Source: Candidatus Bathyarchaeota archaeon
Lineage (GTDB): Archaea; Thermoproteota; Bathyarchaeia; Bathyarchaeales; Bathycorpusculaceae
Reading direction: 5' to 3'
Length of the DNA stretch: 64,000 nucleotides
Assembly: GCA_963767735.1 (NCBI GenBank)
Contig: CAVYES010000005.1
Coordinates: forward strand, 224,001-288,000
Part shown: piece after piece, positions 29,724-39,427 of the stretch
Numbering within the stretch: the stretch's first letter is position 1
Layout of the letters: each line of letters begins with the position of its first letter
The notes under the pieces: generated by a model
What the model saw: the letters and a program-made list of their open reading frames with translations, nothing else
Databases searched by the model: none
What the model was told of the DNA's origin: nothing
Translations under genes and position numbers: made by a program

Positions 29724-30515
29724 ATGAATCAAGGCAAAAAACGGCGATTAAAAAGAATCATGCGCGAAGACAACCGCACGGTAATCGTGCCCATGGATCA
29801 CGGCGTAACAATCGGACCAATCCAAGGAATAACCAACATGCAAGAAATAATCAATCAGCTCCTAAAAGGAGGCGTTGACGCTGTGCTGGTCCACAAAGGC
29901 ATAGCCAAGCTGGTAGATGTTGAAAACGCGGGTTTAATAGTGCAGTTGTCAGGCATGTCAAACCTTAGCCCGAACATAAACGGTAAAGTCCAAGTGTGCA
30001 GTGTTCAAGAAGCCATACGCTTAGGCGCAGACGCGGTCTCCGTGCACGTGAATGTTGGTTCACAAGATGAGGACAAAATGCTAAGCAACCTAGGCAAAGT
30101 ATCTGACGAATGCGACATATACGGTATCCCGCTGCTTGCCATGATGTACGCTCGAGGACCAAAAATACAAAATGAACATGCGCCAGAGGTGGTAGCTCAC
30201 GCTGCAAGAATCGGCGCTGAACTAGGTGCAGACATAATCAAAGCAAACTTCACAGGAGATATCGACACGTTCAAAACAGTCATCGAAAGCTGTCCAGTTC
30301 CAGTTGTAATTGCTGGAGGACCAAAATGCAAAACATCCCAAGAAATCCTTCAAACCACGCATGATTCAATAACGGCGGGGGCTGTAGGGCTCTCCATTGG
30401 ACGAAACGTGTTTCAACATGAGAACCCAACTTTAATTGTTAAGGCGCTCTCAGCAATCGTTCATGATGGGGTTAGCGTGGAGCAAGCGCTTAAAATTCTC
30501 GGTGAAAAAGCTTGA
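29724..30515 (+). CDS. aroA': 2-amino-3,7-dideoxy-D-threo-hept-6-ulosonate (ADH) synthase, DhnA family
   Basis: PMDHGVT, AARIGAELGADIIK and GRNVFQH motifs; adjacent to DHQ synthase II. Confidence 0.88.
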   Translation: MNQGKKRRLKRIMREDNRTVIVPMDHGVTIGPIQGITNMQEIINQLLKGGVDAVLVHKGIAKLVDVENAGLIVQLSGMSNLSPNINGKVQVCSVQEAIRLGADAVSVHVNVGSQDEDKMLSNLGKVSDECDIYGIPLLAMMYARGPKIQNEHAPEVVAHAARIGAELGADIIKANFTGDIDTFKTVIESCPVPVVIAGGPKCKTSQEILQTTHDSITAGAVGLSIGRNVFQHENPTLIVKALSAIVHDGVSVEQALKILGEKA

Positions 30516-31540
30516 AGGAACTTTGGATAGAAACATCGCTGGAAAAAAAACAAGCTTTAGAGCCGCTTGTCAGTCAGTTTAGCGATTGGGTGGTTGAAGA
30601 AGATAAAGCCACCTTTCTGGTAAACAAAAAAAACATAACCCTCGATATCTTTTCTCCCAAAAAAGCAGAGAAGCTCGAAAAAATTAATGTCTACAAGAAA
30701 ATTGTACGGATTTGTATCAGTGATAAGGAAACCGAAAACCAAATTGTTGAAGCATCTGAGCTTGGAGCAACCTACTTAATTATAAGTTGCGCAAACTGGC
30801 GTGTTATTCCGCTAGAAAACCTAATCGCGCGCATAAAGGGCAAAAGCAAATTAATCGCCGAAGTAACCAATGCCGAAGAGGCAAAGGTGGCACTTGAAAC
30901 CCTTGAATTAGGAACCGACGGCGTTTTGCTGAAAACTTCTAACCTTGAAGAAGTTCGCAAAACGGTTGCCATCGTTAAGCCAGAGGCTTTGAATCTTGAA
31001 ATGGCGGTCGGAAAAATAGTTTCCACAAAGCCTATCAGCACTGGTGCTCGGGTTTGTGTGGACACTTGTGAGTTGATGACACAGGGCGAAGGCATGCTCG
31101 TCGGCAGCCAAAGCGCAGGCTTATTCTTGGTGGAAGCAGAAGTCAACGAGAACCCTTATGTCGCGTCCCGACCATTTAGGGTTAATGCGGGGTCAGTATC
31201 CATGTACACATTAGGTACCCTGCAAACCACCCGTTATCTCCAAGAATTCAAAGCAGGAGATGAAGTTATAATTGTAAACCGCGAAGGCAAAACACGTAAA
31301 ACCAACGTGGGACGCATAAAAATCGAAATCAGACCGCTCATTCTCGTAGAGGCGCAGGTTGAAGGCAAAATCATAAAAACCATTCTGCAAAACGCCGAAA
31401 CCATCCGCCTAGTCACCCCAAAAGACTCAAAGCCAATAACCGAACTCAAACCCAACGACGATGTCATAGTGCACTTAGCTGCGAAGGGGGGCCGGCACTT
31501 CGGCGTATCCGTGCCTGAAGAAACGGTGATAGAGAAGTGA
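30512..31540 (+). CDS. aroB': 3-dehydroquinate synthase II
   Basis: WRVIPLENLIA, RVCVDTC, RPFRVNAG, LQNAETIRL and GRHFG motifs. Confidence 0.95.
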   Translation: MKELWIETSLEKKQALEPLVSQFSDWVVEEDKATFLVNKKNITLDIFSPKKAEKLEKINVYKKIVRICISDKETENQIVEASELGATYLIISCANWRVIPLENLIARIKGKSKLIAEVTNAEEAKVALETLELGTDGVLLKTSNLEEVRKTVAIVKPEALNLEMAVGKIVSTKPISTGARVCVDTCELMTQGEGMLVGSQSAGLFLVEAEVNENPYVASRPFRVNAGSVSMYTLGTLQTTRYLQEFKAGDEVIIVNREGKTRKTNVGRIKIEIRPLILVEAQVEGKIIKTILQNAETIRLVTPKDSKPITELKPNDDVIVHLAAKGGRHFGVSVPEETVIEK

Positions 31541-32220
31541 CAGCGAGAATCTGCGTTTCGATTCTCCCAAAAAACAATCTTGAAGCGTTAAGTCTCATCG
31601 AGACGGCAGAGAAAGCAAAGGCAAACCTCATAGAAGTTAGGCTAGACTGCCTTGAGTCACATAGAAACCTGTCAGATCTTGTTAAAGGCACCAAAATTCC
31701 CCTAATCGCCACGAACAAGCTAACAATTGAAAAAGGATTTTTTGCCGGAACTGAAACGGAGCGGCAGCAAACATTACTATCAGCTGCCAAGAACGGTTTC
31801 GAATATGTCGATGTTGACTTATTAAGCCTAAAACTTAATGAAACAATCGGCAAACTCAAGCCATTAGGCGCTAAACTAATCGTTTCTTTCCACAAATTCG
31901 ACGGCGTCTTAAGTGTTTCTGAAATGGAGCAGATTCTGAAGCAAGAAATGGCTTGTGGTGCTACCGTCTGTAAGATTGTGACAACAGCAGAGAAAATCGA
32001 AGACAACCTTGCAGTGCTAAATTTCGTTTCTGCCAATTCAGGAAAGTCCAAGATTGTCTGTTTCTGCATGGGTGAACAAGGCAAGGTTTCCAGGCTTCTT
32101 TCGCCGTTGTTTGGTGCCTTCTTCACTTTCGCTTCGCTTGAGCAAGGCAGCGAAACTGCTTCTGGGCAAATCTCTATTCAAGAACTGAGGGCAACTTTCA
32201 AGTTTTTGGAGAACAAGTAA
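31537..32220 (+). CDS. aroD: Type I 3-dehydroquinate dehydratase
   Basis: EVRLD, IVSFH, CKIV and CMGEQGKVSRL motifs. Confidence 0.92.
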   Translation: MTARICVSILPKNNLEALSLIETAEKAKANLIEVRLDCLESHRNLSDLVKGTKIPLIATNKLTIEKGFFAGTETERQQTLLSAAKNGFEYVDVDLLSLKLNETIGKLKPLGAKLIVSFHKFDGVLSVSEMEQILKQEMACGATVCKIVTTAEKIEDNLAVLNFVSANSGKSKIVCFCMGEQGKVSRLLSPLFGAFFTFASLEQGSETASGQISIQELRATFKFLENK

Positions 32221-32221
32221 G

Positions 32222-33079
32222 ATGGAAATTTCGGGAAAAACGCGCGTTTGCGGAGTAATCGGCGACCCAATAGAGTACACTCTTAGCCCAATTATGCATA
32301 ATGCAGCGTTTGAGGCTTTGGAAATAGACTACTTTTATTTAGCCTTTAAAGTAAAGTCCGCAGAAGTAGAAGACGCAATAAGAGGTATTCGGGCGCTGAG
32401 CATTCTTGGCTTAAACGTAACCATGCCCCACAAACACGCGGTCACCAAATATTTAGATGAGATAGACCCAACTGGCAAAGCCACAGGTTCCGTCAACACC
32501 ATCTTAAACAAGGATGGAAGATTGCTCGGCTTTAACACTGACGGCGTCGGAGCACTAAATGCGCTCGAACAGAACGGCGTGGAACTGAGAGGCAAAAAAG
32601 TGCTGGTGCTTGGAGCAGGCGGCGCTGCAAAAGCCATAGCATACACTCTCTCGCAAGCAGCGGACGAACTAGTGATTTTGAATCGTATACCTAAACCAGC
32701 AGCAGAGATAGCTGACCTCTTAAAACAAAAGTTCAACAAAAAAATCATCGCAGACCAACTCTCGCCAAGCACAATCAAAGAAAACCTTGCTGAATCTGAT
32801 GTGCTTATTAACGCCACTTCAGTCGGAATGAACCCAAACGCCAACCAAACCCCAGTGGCACTCGAGTGGCTCAAACCTGACTTGACAGTAATGGACATAG
32901 TTTACAATCCAATTGAAACAAAACTCGCAAAGGACGCTAAAGCCGTGGGAGCCAAGGTGGTAAGTGGGGTTGAAATGTTAATTTATCAGGGCGCTGCCTC
33001 GTTTGAAATTTGGACTGCCTGCAAGGCGCCAGTTGCGGTTATGAGGAAGGCAGCGCTTAATCACTTGCGGACGGTGTAG
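32222..33079 (+). CDS. aroE: Shikimate dehydrogenase
   Basis: LSPIMHN, NVTMPHK, NTDG, GAGGAA and MLIYQG motifs. Confidence 0.96.
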   Translation: MEISGKTRVCGVIGDPIEYTLSPIMHNAAFEALEIDYFYLAFKVKSAEVEDAIRGIRALSILGLNVTMPHKHAVTKYLDEIDPTGKATGSVNTILNKDGRLLGFNTDGVGALNALEQNGVELRGKKVLVLGAGGAAKAIAYTLSQAADELVILNRIPKPAAEIADLLKQKFNKKIIADQLSPSTIKENLAESDVLINATSVGMNPNANQTPVALEWLKPDLTVMDIVYNPIETKLAKDAKAVGAKVVSGVEMLIYQGAASFEIWTACKAPVAVMRKAALNHLRTV

Positions 33080-33083
33080 AAGA

Positions 33084-33953
33084 TTGACTGGAAAAGCTAC
33101 GGCTATCGCTCATGGCGCGGCAACAATCGTTAACGCAATGGCGCTCGGCAAAGGCGCAGCATTCGGAGTTGACCTGTGGACTAAGGCAGAAGTCAAATTA
33201 ACGGATGAGCCTCACGTTATCCAAGCAGAAATAACCTCTGACCCAAAAGAAAATACCGCCTTAATGGAGAAAACAGCAGCGCGGGTTCTCCAGAGGTTCA
33301 GTCTGGATAATAGTTTTGGAGCTAAAGTAAAAACTTGGTCAAACATTCCAATCGCTAAAGGATTAAAAAGCAGCAGCGCAGCAGCAAACGCAGTCGCCAT
33401 AGCAACGGTAGCTGCGTTGGATAAAACGCTTGACGACTTAGAAATCATAAAGTTAGGCGTAGACGCTGCCTTCGACGCAAAAGTGACTGTAACAGGCGCT
33501 TTCGATGACGCTTGCGCTTCATACTTCGGCGGCGCAGTTATCACAAACAATTTTAAACAAGAAATAGTTAAGCAGTTTCCGTTAATTGAAGATTCAGTAG
33601 TGCTTTTCCATATACCGCCTGAAAAGGCGTACTCAGCCGATTCAAACGTGCAGAGGCTACAAACGGTGAAAACGCTCGTTGAAGTCGCATATAAGGAAGC
33701 CTTAGAAGGCAAGGTTTGGGAAGCATTGACGCTTAACGGCTTGATTTACTCTTCAGCCTCAGGATACAACCCTTCAATCGCGATTGATGCGTTAGCTGCT
33801 GGAGCAATGGCAGCTGGGCTTTGCGGCAAGGGACCAGCAGTAACAGCAGTTACACCGAAGAATAAAATTGAAGAAGTAAAAACTGTCTTACAAAAGTACA
33901 GCGGCGAAATCTTACAGGCTAACATCAATCGTGAAAAAGCTAAGGTGCTATAG
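33084..33953 (+). CDS. aroK: Archaeal (GHMP-family) shikimate kinase
   Basis: IPIAKGLKSSSAAANA and TGAFDDACASYFGG motifs. Confidence 0.95.
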   Translation: MTGKATAIAHGAATIVNAMALGKGAAFGVDLWTKAEVKLTDEPHVIQAEITSDPKENTALMEKTAARVLQRFSLDNSFGAKVKTWSNIPIAKGLKSSSAAANAVAIATVAALDKTLDDLEIIKLGVDAAFDAKVTVTGAFDDACASYFGGAVITNNFKQEIVKQFPLIEDSVVLFHIPPEKAYSADSNVQRLQTVKTLVEVAYKEALEGKVWEALTLNGLIYSSASGYNPSIAIDALAAGAMAAGLCGKGPAVTAVTPKNKIEEVKTVLQKYSGEILQANINREKAKVL

Positions 33954-33956
33954 CAA

Positions 33957-35285
33957 ATGACGGACATAATAATTAAGAAAACTGAACGGTTAAACGGCGA
34001 GGTTTGTGCTCCTCCATCAAAATCTTACACACAGAGAATAGTCATAACGGCTGCTTTATCTGAAGGGGTTTCCAAAGTGTCAAATCCGCTTTTATCGGAA
34101 GACACCCAAGCAACCGTGCGCGCTATCACCGCTTTAGGTGCAAACATGGCAAGAAGTGAAGGCTGCTGGACCATCACGGGAGCAAACCCGCTTATAAATG
34201 CTAAAGCGCCTGTTGACTGCGGTGAATCCGGCGCCACGTTACGTTTCATGATGCCTGTGGCAGCTCTAGCACCTGACCCATCAACCCTGATTTTTAATGG
34301 TTCTCTTGATCGCAGACCCATCGAGCCTTTGCTTAAAAGCCTTGATGAACTCGGAGCCAAAGCTTGCACCAAAAAAATTCGCGTCCAAGAAAACGGAAAA
34401 GAAAAAACGAAAGATGCCGTTTTAGTTGAAGGCGGAGGCATCTTGGGCGGGGAGACCTCTATTGCTGGAGATGTTAGTTCTCAGTTCATTTCTGGATTAA
34501 TGTTCGCGTGCCCAATGGCAAAAGTGGATACAGAAGTCACTATAACAACTCCGCTTGAGTCCTCGGATTACGTTAAAATGACTTGGGATGTACTTGCAAA
34601 GCATGAAATTCAACTTGAAGTTCATGATAACTTTAAACGCATAAAGATTCCAGCTAATCAAACGTATAAGCCCCAAGACTTACGGGTGCCCGGAGATTTT
34701 TCTTCAGCTGCCTTTCTCCTCTCTGCCGCGGCAATAACCAGCTCTAAGGTTCAGATAAACAATCTTGAATACAAAACTGTTCAAGGTGACAAGGCAATTC
34801 TGGGAATCCTCAAGCAAATGGGAATTGAGGGAAAAGTATGCCAAAGCAGCGTTGAAATAAACGGAACCGGATGTCCGCTTGAACCTCTCAATGTTGATGC
34901 AAGAAATATTCCAGACCTAGTTCCCGCCTGTGCCGCCTTAGCATGTTACGCTAAGGGCACATCCAAAATCACTGGTGCCCAAAGGCTCAAACTTAAAGAG
35001 TCAGATAGGTTGAACTCGCTTTATCTTGAGCTGAGAAAGATGGGTGCAAAAATAAAGGTAGATGCAACCAGCTTAACCATAGATGGCCCCTGCGCCCTGC
35101 ATGGCGCCGTGATTAATCCACACAACGATCACCGAATCGCGATGGCTTGTGCGGTTGCAGCTTTAGGCGCAGAAGGGCAAACTACTATTCAAAATGCCGA
35201 GTGCGTTAGAAAGTCTTATCCGCAGTTCTTCACTCATTTAAAGCAAATAGGAGCTGAAATTGTTGGCGGGAAATTCGATTGGTAA
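33957..35285 (+). CDS. aroA: EPSP synthase
   Basis: PPSKSYTQR, GESGATLRF, SSQFISGL, KESDR and DHRIAM motifs. Confidence 0.96.
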   Translation: MTDIIIKKTERLNGEVCAPPSKSYTQRIVITAALSEGVSKVSNPLLSEDTQATVRAITALGANMARSEGCWTITGANPLINAKAPVDCGESGATLRFMMPVAALAPDPSTLIFNGSLDRRPIEPLLKSLDELGAKACTKKIRVQENGKEKTKDAVLVEGGGILGGETSIAGDVSSQFISGLMFACPMAKVDTEVTITTPLESSDYVKMTWDVLAKHEIQLEVHDNFKRIKIPANQTYKPQDLRVPGDFSSAAFLLSAAAITSSKVQINNLEYKTVQGDKAILGILKQMGIEGKVCQSSVEINGTGCPLEPLNVDARNIPDLVPACAALACYAKGTSKITGAQRLKLKESDRLNSLYLELRKMGAKIKVDATSLTIDGPCALHGAVINPHNDHRIAMACAVAALGAEGQTTIQNAECVRKSYPQFFTHLKQIGAEIVGGKFDW

Positions 35286-36369
35286 AGAGTTCATAGTAAC
35301 CACTTTCGGCGAAAGCCACGGCAAAATCGTTGGCGTAGTATTGGACGGTTGTCCCGCGGGATTGCCTCTTTCTGAAGCGGACATTCAAGTGGAATTGGAT
35401 AGGCGTATTCCTGCAGAGCCGAAAATTGTTTCGGGAAGAATCGAAAAAGACATCGTCAACATTCTTTCGGGCGTTTTTAACGGTTTTACAACTGGTGCTC
35501 CAATCGCTTTGATGGTTGAGAATAAAGAGGTTGACTCAAGCGATTATGAAGCAATCAAGGATCTGCCAAGACCAGGACACGCCGATTACCCCGCCCAAGT
35601 AAAGTATGGCGGCTTCAACGATTACCGAGGCGGCGGACGCTTCTCAGGCAGAGTCACAGTCGCACTCATCATGGCTGGGGCAATAGCCAAAAAATTGCTA
35701 AGCAAATTCGACGTTGACGTTTTAGCTTACACCCGAGCAGTTGGCAAAGTAAAAAGTGATAAAAAGTTTAGTGCCGAGGAGATCCGAAAGAATAGGTACG
35801 TAGCGGTTACTCGTTGTCCAGACTTCGCCTGTGCAGAGAGAATGGAGGAAGCTATAGTTACTGCGAAAAAAGACGGTGATAGTGTCGGCGGGGTAGTTGA
35901 ATGCATTGCCCTAAACGTTCCAGTGGGAGTTGGCGAGCCACTGTTTGATTCACTTGATGCCGATTTAGCAAAAGCATTGTTTGATATTCCCGCCGTAAAA
36001 GGCGTAGAGTTCGGCTTGGGGTTTAGAGTTGCAGAGTTAAAGGGTTCAGAAAGCAACGACCCCTACCTTATGCAAAGCGGAAAAGTTGCAACAGCAACAA
36101 ATAACGCAGGCGGAATCTTAGGCGGAATATCCAACGGTATGCCAATCATGATGCAGGTAGCGATAAAACCAACACCTTCTGTCGGCAAAGAACAGAAAAC
36201 CGTTAACCTCTCTACGATGGAAGACATGAGTCTTCGCATAAAGGGTAGGCATGACCCCTGTGTTGTCCCAAAAGCCGTTCCCGCCGTAGAATCTGCAGTT
36301 GCTATAACCTTAGCTGACCATATGATTCGCGCGGGCTTTATACCGAAAGTTTTGGAGAGAAAGAAATGA
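35260..36369 (+). CDS. aroC: Chorismate synthase
   Basis: TFGESHG, PRPGHAD, RGGGRFSGR and GRHDPC motifs. Confidence 0.97.
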   Translation: MLAGNSIGKEFIVTTFGESHGKIVGVVLDGCPAGLPLSEADIQVELDRRIPAEPKIVSGRIEKDIVNILSGVFNGFTTGAPIALMVENKEVDSSDYEAIKDLPRPGHADYPAQVKYGGFNDYRGGGRFSGRVTVALIMAGAIAKKLLSKFDVDVLAYTRAVGKVKSDKKFSAEEIRKNRYVAVTRCPDFACAERMEEAIVTAKKDGDSVGGVVECIALNVPVGVGEPLFDSLDADLAKALFDIPAVKGVEFGLGFRVAELKGSESNDPYLMQSGKVATATNNAGGILGGISNGMPIMMQVAIKPTPSVGKEQKTVNLSTMEDMSLRIKGRHDPCVVPKAVPAVESAVAITLADHMIRAGFIPKVLERKK

Positions 36370-36629
36370 TGAACGAAATCAAACAGCTAAGAGAAAAAAT
36401 AGACCAAATTGACGAGCAAATCCTAAATGCCCTCAGCGAAAGAGCCAAAATATGCAGTGCTATTGGTTTGGTTAAGAAAAAAAATGGCGTGCAAATAAGA
36501 GATACTTCCAGAGAAAATGAGGTTTATCTGCGCGTCAAGGAAAAAGCTGTTGAATTTCGCTTGGACCCCATTAAAGTTGAGGCAGTTTACCGCGAAATAG
36601 TTAATATGTGCAGTGCTGTTCAAGAGTAG
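36366..36629 (+). CDS. aroQ: Chorismate mutase (AroQ type)
   Basis: LREKIDQIDEQILNALSER...RDTSRE. Confidence 0.92.
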   Translation: MMNEIKQLREKIDQIDEQILNALSERAKICSAIGLVKKKNGVQIRDTSRENEVYLRVKEKAVEFRLDPIKVEAVYREIVNMCSAVQE

Positions 36630-36658
36630 AAAATACCTCTCGAAGGAGAGTTAAACCT

Positions 36659-37738
36659 GTGCTCTACGAGATAAACGAGAAAGCCATAAGGCTCGAAAAT
36701 CAAGGAAAAAAGATAATACGCCTAAACCTAGGGGACCCAGACTTAGCTACGCCTAACGAGATAATTGAAGCAGCATACGCAGCGATGAAGGCGGGCAAAA
36801 CAAAGTATTCTTCCTCTTACGGCGAGACTAAACTTCGTGAAAAGCTCGCTAAGTTCCACGGTGTTAAAGCTGAAAACGTAGTTATTACGCCCGGTTCGAA
36901 ATGGGGCATATTCGCCACCATGTATCTTATGTTGAAAGCTGGGGGGAACGTTGTTATCCCGACGCCTTACTGGACAGCTTACGATTTAATTGCTAAAAGT
37001 CTTGGTGTTCAAACTAAACTGTTGCGGACAGAGATGGAAGACGGCTGGAAAATAGATTTGGATAAACTGGAAGCCATGATTGACAAGAACACACGCATGA
37101 TAATACTCAACAATCCAAACAATCCCACAAGCAAAGTCATGGATGCAAAAACACTTGACGGCATAGTAGAAATTGCAAACAGGAAAAACGTTACCATTCT
37201 CTCAGACGAAGTATATGGAACAATCAGCTTTGTTAAAACAAAAAGCATCCTGGAATATGACAACGATCACACTCACATTCTTACCACTGGCTTCTCCAAA
37301 ACATTTAGTATGACAGGATGGAGAATCGGCTATATTATAGCAAACAAAAAGCTTGTTGACAACATTACAAAACTCAATCAAATAACCATCAACAACGTCC
37401 CAGTATTCATTCAAGAAGCCGCATTAAAAGGGCTGGAAATGCAAAAGCAACTTGCCACAAAAATAAAGGAAGAATACAAAGAGCGAGCGATTATGGCAAG
37501 CAAAACCTTAGAGAAGGCAGGATTCTCATTCACAAAACCCGAAGCGCCATTCTACGTTTTTCCCAAACGCAAAGGCATAAACTCTGAAAAATTCACCTTA
37601 GACCTTCTTGACAAAGGCGTAGCAGTAGCTCCAGGAACAGCGTTCGGCGATTACCCAGAGCACTTCCGCATCTCGTTAACTGCGCCCAGAGCTGAAATAA
37701 AGACAGCGTTAGACATCATAAGCGAGGCGCTTGGATGA
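36659..37738 (+). CDS. Class I/II PLP-dependent (aromatic/aspartate) aminotransferase
   Basis: NNPNNPT, SDEVY and FSKTFSMTGWRIGY motifs; GTG start with AAGGAG RBS. Confidence 0.93.
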   Translation: MLYEINEKAIRLENQGKKIIRLNLGDPDLATPNEIIEAAYAAMKAGKTKYSSSYGETKLREKLAKFHGVKAENVVITPGSKWGIFATMYLMLKAGGNVVIPTPYWTAYDLIAKSLGVQTKLLRTEMEDGWKIDLDKLEAMIDKNTRMIILNNPNNPTSKVMDAKTLDGIVEIANRKNVTILSDEVYGTISFVKTKSILEYDNDHTHILTTGFSKTFSMTGWRIGYIIANKKLVDNITKLNQITINNVPVFIQEAALKGLEMQKQLATKIKEEYKERAIMASKTLEKAGFSFTKPEAPFYVFPKRKGINSEKFTLDLLDKGVAVAPGTAFGDYPEHFRISLTAPRAEIKTALDIISEALG

Positions 37739-38613
37739 GAATCGCCATAATTGGCGCGGGAAAAATGGGTGTTTGGTTCGCAAAATTTTTCAATTCAAAA
37801 GATTACTCTGTGACATTGGCAGACCGCAAGAAAGAGAAAATAGCTAATTTAAAAAAGGAATTGCCTGTTAGGCTGACTACTGATTTTAAGGAAGCCGTTG
37901 CTGATGCCGACCAAGTTTTACTCTGCGTATCCATAAACGCTTTAGAAGAAGTAGCAAAAACTATTAGTCCTGCACTTCACCGAGGGCAAGTCGTCATGGA
38001 TATATGCTCAATTAAAGAAGCTCCTGTCCAAGTTATGCATGAGAACATAAAAGGCGCCTTGGTTCTGGGAACTCATCCAGTTTTCGGTCCGGGAAGCAAT
38101 GGTGTCAAACACAAAGCGTACGTTCTAACTCCAACCAACGCTGAAGAGGAAAAATTTGCTGCCGAATTCAAGACGTGGCTAGAACAAGAAGAAGCGCGTG
38201 TCTTTGTCATGTCTCCGAAAAAGCATGATGAACTTATGTCAGTTGTTTTGGGTTTACCGCATTTTCTGGGCTTAGTTGCCTGCGAAACGCTTCTGGAACA
38301 AAAAGATTTTCCCGAAACAAAAGAGGTTGCGGGCACTACATATCGGATGCTATTCACTTTGGCTGAAGCAACCGCGCTTGAAACACCTGACCTTTATGCA
38401 AGCCTACAAACAAATCTGCCTGAACTGGGCGAAATCGAAGACTTGTTTATGGCTAAAGCAAAAGAATGGCTCAACCTAATAAAAAACAATGATACAGAAG
38501 CAATCGTTAAAAGAATGGCGCAATTGAAAGCGAAACTGACTGAAGTAGACCCAGACTTCGCTAAGTCTTATGAAGCAATGTATAAAATGCTGGAATCAAC
38601 GGAAAAATCATAG
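37735..38613 (+). CDS. tyrA: Prephenate dehydrogenase
   Basis: GAGKMG, DICSIK, HPVFGP and HDELMSVVLGLPH motifs. Confidence 0.94.
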   Translation: MRIAIIGAGKMGVWFAKFFNSKDYSVTLADRKKEKIANLKKELPVRLTTDFKEAVADADQVLLCVSINALEEVAKTISPALHRGQVVMDICSIKEAPVQVMHENIKGALVLGTHPVFGPGSNGVKHKAYVLTPTNAEEEKFAAEFKTWLEQEEARVFVMSPKKHDELMSVVLGLPHFLGLVACETLLEQKDFPETKEVAGTTYRMLFTLAEATALETPDLYASLQTNLPELGEIEDLFMAKAKEWLNLIKNNDTEAIVKRMAQLKAKLTEVDPDFAKSYEAMYKMLESTEKS

Positions 38614-38614
38614 C

Positions 38615-39427
38615 TTAAGCCGCTTTCGGGTAAGAACCCAATATCCTAACGAATATCGCATATTTCTCTAATGCTTTCAACGCTTCTGCACATTGAGGTT
38701 CGGTTCGATGTCCCTCAAAATCAAGGTAAAAATTGTATTCCCACGCCGTCTTCTTTGTGGGTCTTGATTCAATTTTGGTCAAGTTAATGTTTCGCTTAGC
38801 AAATTCTCCGAGTGCATGGTAGAGTGAGCCTGGCTCGTGTTTTGCTGAGAAAATTATAGATGTTTTGTCTTTTCCTGTAGGAGGAGAATCTTCAGTTGAT
38901 AACACAAAGAAGCGGGTATAGTTCTCAGGGTTGTCCGCGATGTCTTCTGCGAGAATGCTCATGCCGTAGAGGTCGGCTGCTCTTTCGCTTGCAATCGCCG
39001 CAGCATTCTTTAAGCTTTTTTCTTTGAGCATCTTGACGCTGCCAGCCGTGTCATAGGTGGGTATGAGTTCGCGTCCAAACTCCTCCAAGAAACTTCGGCA
39101 CTGCGCCAGCGCCTGCGGATGGGAGTAAACAACCTTGATGTCTGCTAAGGCGGTGCCTGGGTTTGCGATGAGGCAATGCTCGATTTTCACGATGACTTCC
39201 CCGCACACTTTCAAATCGTACTTCAGGAAGAGGTCGTAGTTTTGGGTTACGCTGCCTTCTAAGCTGTTTTCAACGGGGACGACGCCGAACCTGGACTCCT
39301 GTGTGCAGACCCTGTCGAAAACGTCTTTGAAGTCCTTGCAGGGGTTAACTTCTGTTTTGGCTCCAAAGAATTGAAAGACTGCGCTTTCGCTGTAAGCGCC
39401 CCGTTCGCCTTGGAAGGCTACTTTCAC
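38615..39427 (-). CDS. pheA: Prephenate dehydratase with ACT domain
   Basis: QGERGAYSE, PVENSLEGSV, SHPQALAQC, NYTRF and LTKIESRP motifs. Confidence 0.96.
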   Translation of the reverse strand: MKVAFQGERGAYSESAVFQFFGAKTEVNPCKDFKDVFDRVCTQESRFGVVPVENSLEGSVTQNYDLFLKYDLKVCGEVIVKIEHCLIANPGTALADIKVVYSHPQALAQCRSFLEEFGRELIPTYDTAGSVKMLKEKSLKNAAAIASERAADLYGMSILAEDIADNPENYTRFFVLSTEDSPPTGKDKTSIIFSAKHEPGSLYHALGEFAKRNINLTKIESRPTKKTAWEYNFYLDFEGHRTEPQCAEALKALEKYAIFVRILGSYPKAA

